This document shows, one piece after another, positions 20,948-32,640 of a stretch of DNA of 64,000 nucleotides (the first letter of the stretch is position 1; each line of letters begins with the position of its first letter). The stretch comes from Candidatus Altimarinota bacterium (lineage in GTDB: Bacteria; Patescibacteriota; Gracilibacteria; BD1-5; UBA2023). The stretch spans positions 48,617 through 112,616 of the forward strand of contig JAYTZT010000001.1 of NCBI GenBank assembly GCA_043741945.1, written 5' to 3'. The position numbers and the translations under genes were made by a program. The notes beneath the pieces were generated by a model, which had not been told where the DNA came from, searched no databases, and was given only the letters and a program-made list of their open reading frames with translations.

Positions 20948-22078
20948 TTAGTTTTTCATAACATAGCGTTCGACCAGTTTCCAGTAGGCAAAAAATGATG
21001 CACAGTACTGAGTCACCTCTGGAACCATGTATGGATATGGCGTCTTCGTCACTCCTGTGATATGCGAGTAGAGAATATGATCAGTGAGGTATATGGCTTC
21101 GCGTGAGAGCGAGTGGAACTCATCTCTGAGTGCTTCGATCTCTCAGACATATATCTGGATTCCCTCGATATTGTCCTTCGCGAGCGAGATCATGAACTGT
21201 ATAACTCTCTCAGATACTGGGAATCTCTCGAAGTGTGAGGGTGCGAGTACGAGGATACGATTCGCAGATATATCACTCATCCAGTCAGGACGGATCGAGT
21301 AGTCAGTATATATGATCAGTGGGATCATCGGGTCGAGCGTGACATCTGACTGAGGTGGGAGTGGTGTCGTGAGCTTGAGTGGCACATATACGAGCATATT
21401 ATCTGGTACTGTTGTCGTCCATATATCATCATATTTTCGGTCGAGAAATGTCTTTCTCTGCGTCGAGCCTGTATATTCGTTGATATTGGTCTGGATGGTG
21501 ATATACTTCTTGGAAGAAAATGCTCCAGCGTTCCACTGCCAACTACACGTATTGGATGCGAGATCACCATCGAGGAGATGATAGTACATCCACTGACTCG
21601 GCGTCCACCAGTGAGCTCCACTCATATTGCAGGCTATCCCTGCGATATACATACGCAGATGGTTGTGCATATAACCTGTCTCATACAGTGCCTCTATACT
21701 CAGATCGATAGCCTCGATCCCGGTAGTAGCATCTATGAAAGCTCTCGGCATAGCATGAGTGAGGACATCCGCCTGATCGAACCGGATATCCAGCATCATC
21801 CGATCTGTCCCGAGTCACTCCCATACTCTGAGGAAATACTCTCTCCAAGCAAGCTCCTTCAAAAATTGCTCTATCTGGTGAGGAGCAAATCCTCTACCCA
21901 GTACTCGCCGTCTGATATCTGCTATCGTGATGAATCCTCTCGATATGTACGGTGAGAGCATCGTCACATGCCCTGTGAGATGATTACGATCTCGACCATA
22001 ACTGAGAGGATCTATAGAGTCGATGCGAGCCTCGATACTGGCTCTGTCGGTTGGGAATGTATAATTGGGGATTTTCAT
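20948..22078 (-). CDS. cryptochrome/photolyase-family protein with atypical architecture (FAD-binding domain at the N-terminus)
   Basis: 376 aa. LSPYISRGFITIADI, ELAWREYFLRVW, TGIEAIDLSIEALYETGYMHNHLRMYIAG, LASNTCSWQWNAG all lie in the first ~230 aa. An unassigned tail of ~140 aa follows. Fragments 21815 and 21143 plus an extension join via TGA. Confidence 0.75.
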
Positions 22079-22080
22079 AG

Positions 22081-22422
22081 TTATTTAGACTTCATGAGAT
22101 TCAGTTTTTTCATATATTCCTTGGCATCAGCGAGAAATCCATCAAATATCTGAGTAGCACCTGAAGTGACGACTCATTTCTCTCATGATTTCCTCAGTAT
22201 CAGATACTCCGATCCACGAGATTCACAGACGAGCATCCAGAGATTTTCGAGATTCACGCGATCGGTCTGGTCGACGATGAGGTATCATCGCTTCAGTGCT
22301 CGCTCATACTCCTCTCGCTCATAGATATAGAGATGATGTGGGACAGATCGACTCCCGAGCCTGATCCCTGACTTCTTCCCTTTCGAGAGGGCATCGATAT
22401 GTTCGAGTTTCATTTTTGGCAT
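22081..22422 (-). CDS. hypothetical protein (113 aa), first gene of the CPF-DUF2256 operon
   Basis: MPKMKLEHIDALSKGKK..HLYIYEREEYERALKRGYLIVDQTDRVNLENLWMLVCESRG... TAA 22081..22083 lies 2 nt before the next ATG. A second frame is also open under table 25 but reads less protein-like. Confidence 0.45.
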
Positions 22423-22524
22423 AGGAGTAGTATAGAGAAAAAGTCGATATCTCCAAGTGGACTATGAGAAATACAAAAAGATTTCTCGGCTTGCTAAAAA
22501 GAGAGGATTCCATAGAATATTCGG

Positions 22525-22730
22525 GCTAAAATAAACATTTCTTCATCGAATTTCCCACTAATTCGGCAATATATAGATACGCAAGGGCAACTGAAAAGTT
22601 GCTCAGCCCTTTCTTCGATATATTGTCGTAGGGAAGTGTTTATTTTAGCGAATAATGAGTGATGACTTCGGTTGCCCTTTTTATTTGCTAAAATAATCCA
22701 AAAATCCGTGAAGCCCTCATTTTAGCATTT
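22525..22730. promoter_or_regulatory. structured divergent intergenic region with four GCTAAAAT-type half-sites in two inverted pairs
   Basis: GCTAAAATAAACA (22525) pairs with TGTTTATTTTAGC (22638..22650). GCTAAAATAA (22687) pairs with TTTTAGC (22720..22726). Nested repeats: AAGGGCAAC (22583) with GTTGCCCTT (22671), and a GCAAC-TGAAAA-GTTGC hairpin. Confidence 0.4.
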
Positions 22731-22752
22731 ACTTTTGTAAGTGCTTTTTTAT

Positions 22753-24546
22753 ATGGACAATTCTCTCCGCAAGTGACGGATCACTCACCACTCGAACAAG
22801 ATTGGACTCTTCGATGCTGAGCGTCAATCCTTTATCAACCAGTCTGGCGATGTCGTCCTCTCTTTCCCATATCGGGACTGTATACTCGAATGAGGGATGT
22901 CCAGTGAAGAGGTAGGACGAGAAGAAAAATTTTTCCATACGACGATCGATCGAGCAGATATCGATGTTCTCAGGGAGCCAAAAGTCCTGACAGGATTTGA
23001 GCGGGTAAACTCGAGTGGAGTTCATACGATCACGGATCCGAGTGAGATAGAGTTTTTTGATGCAGAGGGCAATCTCCAGGAAGATCTCCTAATAAAATGA
23101 AACAATCTCATCGCTCTCTATTCTCTCAGGTCTCGTCTCGCAGGCAAAGTGAAACTCATCTATATAGATCCACCATACAATACTGGCAATGATGGTTTTC
23201 GCTACAATGATAGCTTCAACCAATCATCATGGCTCGTATTCATGAAAAATCGACTGGAGATAGCGAGAGAACTATTGAGGGATGATGGGGTGATATTTGT
23301 ACAGTGTGATGACAATGAACAGGCATACCTGAAAGTACTTATGGATGAAGTATTTGGGAGGGATAATTTTATAAACTGCATAGTTGCACAAATGAGCAAT
23401 TTATCGTGACACAAAATAGAACATGCAATACAATGAAGAAAATTCCCAAAAATCAAAGAATACATACTACTTTTTTCAAAAAATAAGACCGAAATAAAAT
23501 TGAAAATTCCCAAGATAAGTAAGGCAGAATGGGACGATGAATACAATCTAATTATTCCAAACATTAACGAAGAAGATATTATCGAAATTGAAGAATGGAT
23601 AGAAAATAAAGATTTTGAAAGAATAAATAAATACTTTTCAGATAAAAATATTATATCACTAAAAGAATATGCAAAAAAAAGTAACAGTGAACTAACTATA
23701 GAGTGGAAAAACTCAAATTCTTATAAGATATTTGCCAGCAAGCCAAATACTGCACTTAGAAATAAGGCAATGCAATTTGAATTCAATCAATGAATATATG
23801 CGATCCCCAATCAAAGATGAGACCTAAAAATTATTAAAACTGATTTTAATAGAGAAACCGATACAGCAAGAATAGAGCTAGTTTCAGCTCTAAAAAATTC
23901 ATCATCTTATGTCTGAGATATATGGTATGATATAGTCACGACTTGATGAGTAGCTCAAGAATGATGAGTTATCATGAAGAATGGGAAAAAACCTGAAGAT
24001 CTTATTTCGCAAATTATTCAAACTGCTACTGTAGAAGATGATATAGTTCTCGATTATCATCTCGGCTCAGGTACGACTACAGCTGTCGCACACAAGATGG
24101 GGAGACGATGGATCGGTATCGAGCAGATGGACTATATCGAGGATATCGCCAAGGTCAGGCTCCAGAAAGTGATCGAGTGAGAACAGGGTGGGATATCGAA
24201 GAGTGTGGATTGGGAATGAGGTGGAAGTTTTGTCTATATGGAACTGCGCACCTACAATATCGAATATCTCGAACGGATGGAATCTGCTCAGACCAAAGAG
24301 GATCTCCATGCTGTCTATATCGATATGGCTCGCAATGCATTTCTCCAGTTCTGGTTCGACCGTAAAAACTGGGAAAAAGATGAGAACTATCTGAAACTCA
24401 CACTCGAAGAGCAAAAGATCAAGCTCCGAGAACTCCTCGATATGAATCAGCTCTATCTCAATACGGGAGATATGTATGATGCTCGTCATAGCGTCTCTCC
24501 GCTCGATCAGTCCATAACCGAAAAATTCTATGGCAAAAAGAACTAA
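22753..24546 (+). CDS. mod: type III restriction-modification methyltransferase (Mod, N6-adenine, beta class)
   Basis: LIKGNNLIAL..KVKLIYIDPPYNTGND (motif IV), DDGVIFVQCDDNE, NGKKPEDLISQII, VLDYHLGSGTTTAVAHKMGRRWIGIE (motif I), GEQGGIS..GGGSFVYMEL. Five standard-code ORFs in frame 1 join through about 14 TGA. Confidence 0.9.
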
Positions 24547-27298
24547 AACTGCCATCAATGAGACTCTCTCAGAGTTTCTCTTTGCTCGGATCAGGGATGA
24601 TGCAGGATATGGTGAGTTCTGCCTGATTCCCCTCCCACAATATATCACAGACAATATCCATCCATCCAAATCGCTCCGTCCCTATCAGGAAGAAGCAGTG
24701 AGATATTTTATCTGGCTTTATGAAAATGAGGGGATTTCTGCTTGCAAACATCTCCTCTTCAATATGGCGACAGGAGCTGGGAAGACACTCGTTATGGCTT
24801 GTTGCATGCTCTATCTCTATGAGAGATGATATCGCAAATTCATATTCCTTGTGCATCAGGTACAGATACTCACACAGGCTCGTCGCAACTTCACAGACTA
24901 CAAGTTCGAGAAGTATCTCTTTCATCCTGATGGAATGAGTTTTTATGGAAAGCATGTGGGTACTCGGGATATCAAGACTTTTGATGAGGCAGGAGAAGAT
25001 GATATCAATATTATGTTTCTCTCGACCTCGCTTTTTTACAATCGTATCAAAGAATCAGGAGAAAACCAGCTCACGAGTGAAGACTTCTCCAAAAATGATG
25101 TCGTCATCATCGCCGATGAGGCACATAGACTCAATGTCGAAACGAGATCCAATAAAACTGAACTCGAAGAACTCCTGAACTGGGAATCCGCCGTCCAGAA
25201 CTCCATCGGTGCAAGGAAAGGCAATATACTCATCGAGTTCACAGCAACAGTCGACCTCGCCAATCGCAATATCCATGAAAAATACAAAGATAAGCTCGTA
25301 TACAAGTATGACTTCGTAGACTTCAATCGTGAAGGCTATGCGAAGAATGTCCAGTTCCTCTACAATAATGAGACACAAGTGGAGGATCAAAAGCGACTCC
25401 TCATCATCCATGCTGTCGCACTCTCTCAGTATCGCAAGATACTATTTCGAGAGCTCACGAAGAGTATCGTACATCCCGTGATCCTCGTGAAGTCCAAGAG
25501 AATCGCTGATAGTGAAGAGGATAGAAAATATTTTAATACTGTGATCAGTGATCTCTCTGTCCGAGATCTCGAAAAACTCAGAGAAGTCAAACATGATGAA
25601 TATCATCTCATAGCCAATCTCTTCGCTGAACTCGAAAATCGTGGCATCAGTCTTTCGGGTTTTGTTGCAAGTATACGAGAGGACTTTGCTCCACAAAATA
25701 CGATGATATACAATAGTAAGGTCAAGGAAAATGCATGAGCACTCTCAGATCTCGATAATCCAAAAAACAGGATGCGAGTGATATTCTCTGTAAATGCTCT
25801 CAACGAATGATGGGATGTCCTTGCACTGTATGATATCATACATTTTGATATCGGAGAAGATAAAAAAGTATCTCTCCAAGATATCCAACTCATCGGACGA
25901 GGAGCCAGATATTGTCCTTTTGATCTTCCTGAGAATTTTCAGGATGGACTGATGGGATCATACGATACGGTACGAGATCGGAGAAAGTTTGATGGAGCAC
26001 GCAGAGAATCTGCTCGTATACTCGAGACTTTTTTCTATCACTTTGTGAAGACGGGGATGTTTCTCGAAAATCTCCAAAAAGAACTGATGGGAGAAGGGAT
26101 CATCAGTGAGTGAGTGGAGAAACGAACAGTCGAGATGAAGCCACATTTCATCGCATCGGATACCTACAGGATGGGTTTTGTTCTCCAAAATCGTACAGAG
26201 AAACGATCACGAACAACTGAGGATGAGAAAAAAGATACTTTCGATAAAATAATCACTGTTTCATCATATGAGCTCCAGGCTCGTGGACTCACGGATCGTG
26301 AGGAAAATCAAAAAATAGCAGAACAAAAACCCGGAAGAATCGGATTTAGCGAAGATTTTTTCTCGATCCATATTCTCCGCAAGGCTCTTGTTCGAGCAGA
26401 AAATGGATTTTTCCGATTTGAGAACCTCAGGCAGCATATCATGGATTTATCGGGGATTGATGAATTTATCACTCGAGATCTCCAGCGGTATACGATCCAA
26501 TACTTTTTTGATGCTGAGAAGGATATATTCCGTCTCACTCCTCATGAGAAGATACAGCTCCTCATAGGTGCGATCCTCCCAGAAGTGAGAAAACATATCG
26601 ATATGACTCTCCCGAAGATCGTAGGAAGTCCGATTTTTCGTCCTGTTTCGATCTCCCATGCTTTCTCGAAACAAAAAGATCTTTTCTTTGCTTCATTCCC
26701 GATGATCAACGAGGCAACAGGAAAGCTCGAATTTGCTCGACATGATGAGCGGATGAAGCCACAGACAGATAATCCAAATATTGATCTCGAACTCGATATA
26801 TGAAGGCAAGATTGGTATGCGTATACTGAAAATTATTGAACGAGTGAAGAAAAGAAATTCGTCCGATTTATGGAAACTAAGATGGATGCACTACGAAAAA
26901 AATATCCTGATTGCGAGATATTCCTTGTAAGAAATGAACTCGAATATTGGATGTATGGACTTTCCAATGGAAAAAGATTCTCCCCAGATTACCTCATGTT
27001 TATCAGTGATATAAAAAGTAAAAAACTCTACTATCAATGTGTATTTGAGGTGAAATGATCTCATCTCGAAGAAAAAGATGAATGGAAAGAAAAAGCTCTC
27101 CGAGAAATCCGAGATGCTACAGAACTCTCATGGACAGTAGATAGAGAGAATCCGGAAAATACAAAAAATTATCAAAGATATATCGACTCTGTACAACAAC
27201 AGTGATATGAAAAAATTCGAAATATTGGATTCGGATTTTATAATTCGGAAGGTAAGGAATATGAGTTTATCGAAGAGTTTGATTCTTTACTCTTATAG
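24530..27298 (+). CDS. res: type III restriction enzyme Res subunit (SF2 helicase plus C-terminal nuclease)
   Basis: LRPYQEEAV, NMATGAGKTLVMA (Walker A), IIADEAHRL (DEAH), FTAT, and the C-terminal PD-(D/E)xK-like FSPDYLMF..CVFEVKG. Overlaps mod by 17 nt. TAG 27296..27298. Confidence 0.9.
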
Positions 27299-27311
27299 TA
27301 TCATGCCATAG

Positions 27312-27965
27312 TTCAATCATAGATTGAACTATATAAATAGATCTCTATCATTGTATTCTACGAACAAATTTCTTTTTTGTCTCCCTGATCCGCTCTATAT
27401 TAATCTTCATGAGGGTCGAGCGGACATAGGGGATAGAGTTGAGGAATGATACATGAAAGTCAAATGAAGCGGATTATACAAAAGAGATGATCAAGGAAAA
27501 GATTGGTGGAATCTCAGGGCTTGTGTGTATTATAGTGAGTTTGAAAAAGAAAAAGTGGTATGGCAAGAAATAGCTCAAAAACCTACATTTTCCTATGATA
27601 CTCAATGAGTATTTTGCAATGACACGGGTCATATTTTAACTGGGGAAAATATCAAATTTTTCGTATGATTGCTCAATTCTCAATTCTTCAAGTATATATT
27701 TCCGAGCTACTATGCAGGTGGGTGGCTATGAGAAAAATGAATACGATACAAGAGTGAATTTATGAAAGATTTTTCTATCCCAACTATCAGCTCTTCGAAT
27801 CAGTCCATCATCTCTCAGATAGAGTGACTTGTAGATCATATACTGGATATGAAAAAATGAGACTCAAAATCTGATACAAGTGATCTAGAGAATCAGATAG
27901 ATGAGCTCGTGTATCGACTGTATGATCTGACTCCTGAGGAGATCGCGGTGGTAAAGGGAAGTTAG
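27312..27965 (+). pseudogene. 5'-truncated remnant of a type IIG/Eco57I-like R-M enzyme (TaqI-like C-terminal specificity region only)
   Basis: The frame opens right after a TAG with no methyltransferase domain and no credible start. GKDWWNLRAC..KVVWQEIAQKPTFSYD..LLNSQFFKYIF..IDELVYRLYDLTPEEIAVVKGS-TAG is the typical C-terminus of that family. Confidence 0.55.
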
Positions 27966-28142
27966 ATGTATCATGCAATCCAAGTCTCAAAAATATTTTT
28001 GCAATACTCAGTGATCTGAATCGAGTATAAGTATACAAAATATACAATACTATATACTTCTTGCAAGGGATTTTTCTTTTCATATATTGATATCTGGATA
28101 TAGTGTGGATGTATTTGATTTATCTCTTCACATATAGCTTAT

Positions 28143-28973
28143 ATGGTAGATATTACTACGCTCGTACAGCGGACATTCGAAGATATCAAACTGACTGATG
28201 ATACAGGCTTCGAGTTCTGGAATGCTCGGACACTCATGACCGCTCTCGGATATAAGAAGTGGGAGAGATTTGGCCTCGTCATCCAAAAGGCGAAGGAAAA
28301 CTGTACGAATAGTGGTGGAGATATCTCTGAACATTTTCAGAGTGAAAAAGAGTTTTTCCAGGAGGCTGGAAAAACTCCAAAAGAGTGAAGACCATGAGAG
28401 AACTATCTCCTCACTCGGTATGCCTGCTATCTCATAGCACTCAATGGCGATAGTCGGCTCCCAAAGATTGCTCTGGCAAAGAGCTATTTTGCGAGTCAGA
28501 CACGCAGGCAAGAGATGATAGAGCAGAGAACTGAGGAAAATAAGAGACTCGAGGCACGACAAAAACTCAAAGCAAATGAAGCGAAAATCGAAGAAACAGT
28601 ATATGAGCGAGGTATCACACTTCCTATAGAATTCGCTACATTCAAGAATAAGTGAATCGAAGCTCTCTATAATATTTCTGTTCTTTCTCTCAAAAAGAAA
28701 CGAGGCATCCTCGAAAAAAGAGCTCTAGCAGACTTCGATACTGATGTCGAGCTCCGAGCCAAGGACTTCATCTATGCTATCACGGACCATAATATAAAGA
28801 CAAAAAATATACACGGCAAGCAGAGTCTCGAGCAAGAACTCATAGAAAATAGTAGAGCAACGAGAAAAACTCTCCTGAATCGAGGGATCACTCCAGAGAA
28901 TCTCGCTCCACAAGAAGATCTCAAACAGATAGAAAAAAGAAGAGAAAAAGAGGAGAAAATGCTAGATAAGTAG
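28143..28973 (+). CDS. dinD: DNA-damage-inducible protein D (DinD)-like protein
   Basis: FEDIKLTDDTGFEFWNARTLMTALGYKKWERFGLVIQKAKENC, LLTRYACYLIALNGD, IALAKSYFASQTR. 276 aa, 3 TGA. TAG 28971..28973. Confidence 0.75.
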
Positions 28974-28976
28974 TCC

Positions 28977-29480
28977 CTACAATATCACTCCCTCCTCCAC
29001 CAATATCCCTGTAGTCAACACCTCTTCATGATAGCTCCGAGAGCTCACGACTCGACAGAGATAGATCGCGTGGTCTCATCCACCATCTGCTAGCCTCTCG
29101 ATCTCCTCGAGTTCTATATATCAGGCAATTCCTCCTATCATACCATCATCTCATAGGAGTCACTTCTTCGAGAGATACTTTATCTTATCATAGGTTTTCC
29201 CTGATTTTTTGCCCATGACTCGGACAAGTGATGCGTGCTCAGGAGCGAGGATCTGGAGTATCCCTCTATGACTCGACTGCCAGTTCGAGAAAGACTGTGT
29301 ATCATGATAGAGGGCGATGATATAGTGCTTCGGAGACATACTCACAGGGATCACATATGTCATGATATTCATATTCCTAGGAGATTCTTGCAGGATTTCC
29401 ATTTGAGGATTTTTCTCTTGAATACTCTCTGTGATGAGCGAATAGACAGGATATGATGGGAGATTCCAGGGTTTTCGCAT
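28977..29480 (-). CDS. flavin reductase-like (FMN-binding split-barrel) domain protein
   Basis: 167 aa. NIMTYVIPVSMSPKHYIIALYHDTQSF..GILQILAPEHASLVRVMGKKSG..DKIKY..GYIELEEIERLADGGGDHAIYLCRVV follows the Flavin_Reduct pattern. The standard-code ORF 29160..29621 extends through TGA to TAG 28977..28979. The start is chosen 15 nt after the upstream stop. Confidence 0.5.
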
Positions 29481-29607
29481 AGTATGGCGTAGAGTGTTAC
29501 GAGAGTTTTCGGACGAATACTTCTTTCGCCTTTCGGATCTTCTCGATATCGACTTTTGCGAGTGTCGAGAGGATATAGGGAGTACGCCCAGACTGGAATA
29601 TGCTTTT

Positions 29608-30960
29608 ATTATGATCGACAAAGTCCCAGTAGAGATGCGTCATTGGACAGGTTTTCTCCTTCACACTATACTGACATCACTTGCAGTAGTCACTCATCTT
29701 CTCGATATAGTTGCCCCCTGAGATATACGGCTTGGTCGCGAGACGCCCGCCATCGCTATACTGGCTCATCGCCATCACATTGGGCGTGACGACCCACTCG
29801 AACGCATCAGTGTACATCTCAGCGAACCACCTGTTGACTGAGAGTGGATGATATCCCATCAGAAGTGTATAGTTCCCGACGATCATAAGGCGCTCGATAT
29901 GATGTGAGTAGTTCTCACTCTGGACTCTCTTGACTACCGTATCTATACAATTCATACCTGTGATATCTCCTATATTTTTCTCTCCATCATAGTTCCACCA
30001 ATTCTGTGGTAATGGTTCATGATGGTTGAGTGCATTCTGAGTATATATATCATTGTAGTGGTAAAGATAGAATTGCCTCATATACTCTCTCCATCCGAGA
30101 ATCTGACGGACAAAACCCTCGACACTATTAAGTGGAGCATGCCATCCTATCGCCGCATCGAGGACCTCAGACGGATGCAATATACCAAAATTGATCGCGG
30201 TCGAGAGCATGGAGTGATGCACTCTCATATCGTCCTCATACATGGCATCTTCGAGTCGTCCGAAGTCAGCATAATGATACTCCAAAAAGTACTGCAGGAG
30301 AGATAGAGCATCCGATCTCGACACTGGGAGTGAGAACGATATATCTGGGGCACCATAATACCTACGAGCCTCATCGATATAGATAGTATTCTCTGGTTTC
30401 CATCACCACGAGAGAATATGAGTATTATCGAAGTTCCGATTCTCACTATCATAGTTCCACTTTCCTCCAATAGGTTTACCATCATCCTCCATGAGGATAT
30501 TGCGAGATTTTCGCATATACCTGTAAAAAGTCTCCATAATAGGTGGCTTCTCGAATTGCTCTCTGAATTCTATATGGTTTATGAGAAACTGTCTATTCGC
30601 AAATATATGGAGTGATACTCCCTTTAGTATATATCTATCGATCTTGCGAGCGAGATACTCTTCCGATGATCTCATCAGTACAATATCTAGGATCCCTGTT
30701 TTTCCTGCAAAATCGAGGATCCCCTCTCGATAACTCTCCGACTCTATCCAGTGAGTCGTATATCCGAGTCTCTCACACTCTACCAAGAATTCTTTTGCGG
30801 TAGCGTACTCAGCGATCAGACTCCGAGTATTGAAGGTGAGATCGCCCATAGGAGAGGTGATACGAGATCCAGTGAAGAGTATGAAAAAAATATCCGTCAC
30901 TCAAGGTTCGATATAACGGGTATTACACTGATCATAGAGGATCCATTGGGCTTTTTTCAT
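29608..30960 (-). CDS. FeS-BCP / (6-4)-photolyase-type CPF protein (COG3046, PhrB-like), with its C-terminal tail frameshifted
   Basis: HSMLSTAINFGILHP, PLNSVEGFVRQILGWREYMRQFY, HHIERLMIVGNY, and candidate 4Fe-4S Cys ligands NCIDTV..SDYCKGC..KTCPMDA. After CPMDA the conserved LYWDFVDHNK...KEVFVRKLS-TAA (to 29496) continues only in another frame. The in-frame reading stops at TAA 29608..29610. Confidence 0.85.
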
Positions 30961-30969
30961 AATATTATT

Positions 30970-32511
30970 TTAGTCAAAGAGTGAGAGATTGATATCTGAT
31001 TTTTGTATTTCTTTCTTTTTTGTTTTTTTATGAGAGAATCACTTGCGACTCGCATGTTTCTCTACGATCGCCTTTTTCACTCTCGGATCGATATGTGACT
31101 TCATATTGTAGAGGATCACTCGTGCTGTTCTATTGGCCTCCTCGACATCGACTATAGGAAACGGATAGTCTCGCCCAAGGACGAAGTCATACTCGATTGA
31201 CTCCATCTCGGATATTCCCCACGGACTCGCCTGAAGGTGCTGCGGCAGTCGAGCGAGCTCTGGCAGATATGCATCCACGAAGAGACCATCACTATCCTTA
31301 TCATGGAGTTGCTTCATCGGATTATATATTCGGATCGTATTGATCCCCATAGTTCCTGACTGCATCTGGAGTTGCATATAGTGGATTCCTGGCTCATAGT
31401 CAGTGAAAAGTCCAGCAAGCCAGTGAGCAAATCTCCCCTGCCATGGCTGCATACAGGTACATGTGACAAATGATACCAGTGTGGCTCGTGCTCGGAAATT
31501 GACCCATCATATCGCCTGGAGCTGTCTCACGATTCCATCGATAAATGGAACTCCCGTTCGAGCATTCTCGATCGCTGTGATAATCTCCTCATCGTACTCG
31601 GTACGGATCGTATCATAGAGCTTGACAGCATTCATCGTCTCGAGTCTTGGCTCATCTTCAAGCTTCTGGATGAAGTGTGATTGCCAGTGCAGTCGGGAGT
31701 GGAATGCCTGAAGTGATCTGAGAAACTTGGCGTCTCACTTTCACTTGAGATCGTGCATACGAGCCCAAGTCATATGAACTACCTGTTTCAGTGATATACA
31801 TCCATAGGCGAGATATACCGATATTCGAGAACTCGCTTCCTGTCACTCTATCGGGCGACTCATACCACCCATATATTTCCGACCTCGGGATATGAGGAAT
31901 GATGCGAGTGTTTTTTGTCATTCTTTTTCTCATCAAGCCTGGATGTGAGGGTTATCCATATTGCGTTGCCAGTCATCTCCAACAATCTGAATATACCAAT
32001 ACTCCTGTCACCGAGGAGGAGGTAGTATCGGTATCATCATGCGACTCTGCCAGAGGCGAGTCCAGTCGTCACGAGATGAGAGTCGTCTCACGACTCAATT
32101 GGTCGGATACTCAGTCCATACTATATTCTTGGATCTGAGGTACTTGCCCATCATGATATCTCGATCATAGGTGATGGCATTCCCCGTCTCTTCATGAGAA
32201 AAAACACAGTCCACATCATAGACATCGAGAATATATTTCATCACATCTGATATATTGCGTTCGAATATTATGAGTGACACACCAATATTATGAAGAGACT
32301 CATTGAGATCTATGAGCGAATCCTCGATAAATTGCCTATGAAAATTTGAAAAGTCAGGAGCAAGCGTGACACGGGACTCAAAACTATAGAAAGCAATCAC
32401 TGGAATATTTTTATTTTTTCATAATATCATGGCATCAGTCAAAGGACGATGATCACTTACACGAAGATCCCGCTTGTACCAGACGAGGATGATTTTTTGT
32501 TTTTTCTGCAT
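30970..32511 (-). CDS. cryptochrome/photolyase-family protein (513 aa, subfamily not assigned)
   Basis: KIILVWYKRDLRVSDHRPL, GVVRRLSSRDDWTRLWQSRM, SRISVYLAYGCISL, FHSRLHWQSHFIQKLEDEP, TGVPFIDGIVRQL..GWVNFRARA, DYEPGIHYMQLQMQSGTMGINTIRIYNP. Fragments 32095 and 31039 plus the middle join via TGA. Confidence 0.85.
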
Positions 32512-32633
32512 GTATTTGAGCAATATAGTACGGATTCTCTATCTTTCTTCTACTTTTTTCTATTAGAAAAAGGGCTCTGGCAGGCAGGATAGATATTGGA
32601 TTCACGCATGATTCACCGATCGAGTATTTTCAT
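32457..32633 (-). pseudogene. decayed paralogue of the DUF2256 gene
   Basis: MKILDRGIMRESNIYPACQSPFSNRKK-TAG-KKDRESVLYCSNTCRKNKK... About 87 percent identical by eye to 20853..20936 over the first 84 nt. The first Cys ligand is TGT->TAT and the conserved Trp is TGG->TAG (32550..32552). Confidence 0.65.
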
Positions 32634-32640
32634 AGGAGAT

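Noticed and set aside
24067-24669. 200-aa minus-strand ORF, and similar long antisense ORFs at 15874..16356, 22729..23025, 25055..25411, 53797..54336 and 55316..55849
   Set aside because: Each lies opposite a strongly supported plus-strand gene (mod/res, ABC transporter, tig, secA) and shows no recognisable motifs. These are typical shadow ORFs.
29481-29621. N-terminal extension of the flavin-reductase-like gene (standard-code ORF 29160..29621)
   Set aside because: The extension overlaps the conserved, frameshifted C-terminal coding region of the FeS-BCP gene and is Arg/Ser-rich nonsense. The internal ATG at 29480 fits the operon spacing.
31658-31936. 92-aa minus-strand ORF inside the CPF513 gene
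   Set aside because: It is out of frame relative to the continuous CPF reading frame, which carries all the conserved motifs.
17990-32633. TAG reassigned to a sense codon, because three genes carry in-frame TAG
   Set aside because: TAG ends many well-conserved genes at their natural C-termini (cysS, argS, NUDIX, res, dinD, secA, lepB, murE). The three in-frame cases sit in genes with other defects or are single G-to-A changes, so nonsense mutations or read errors are more likely.
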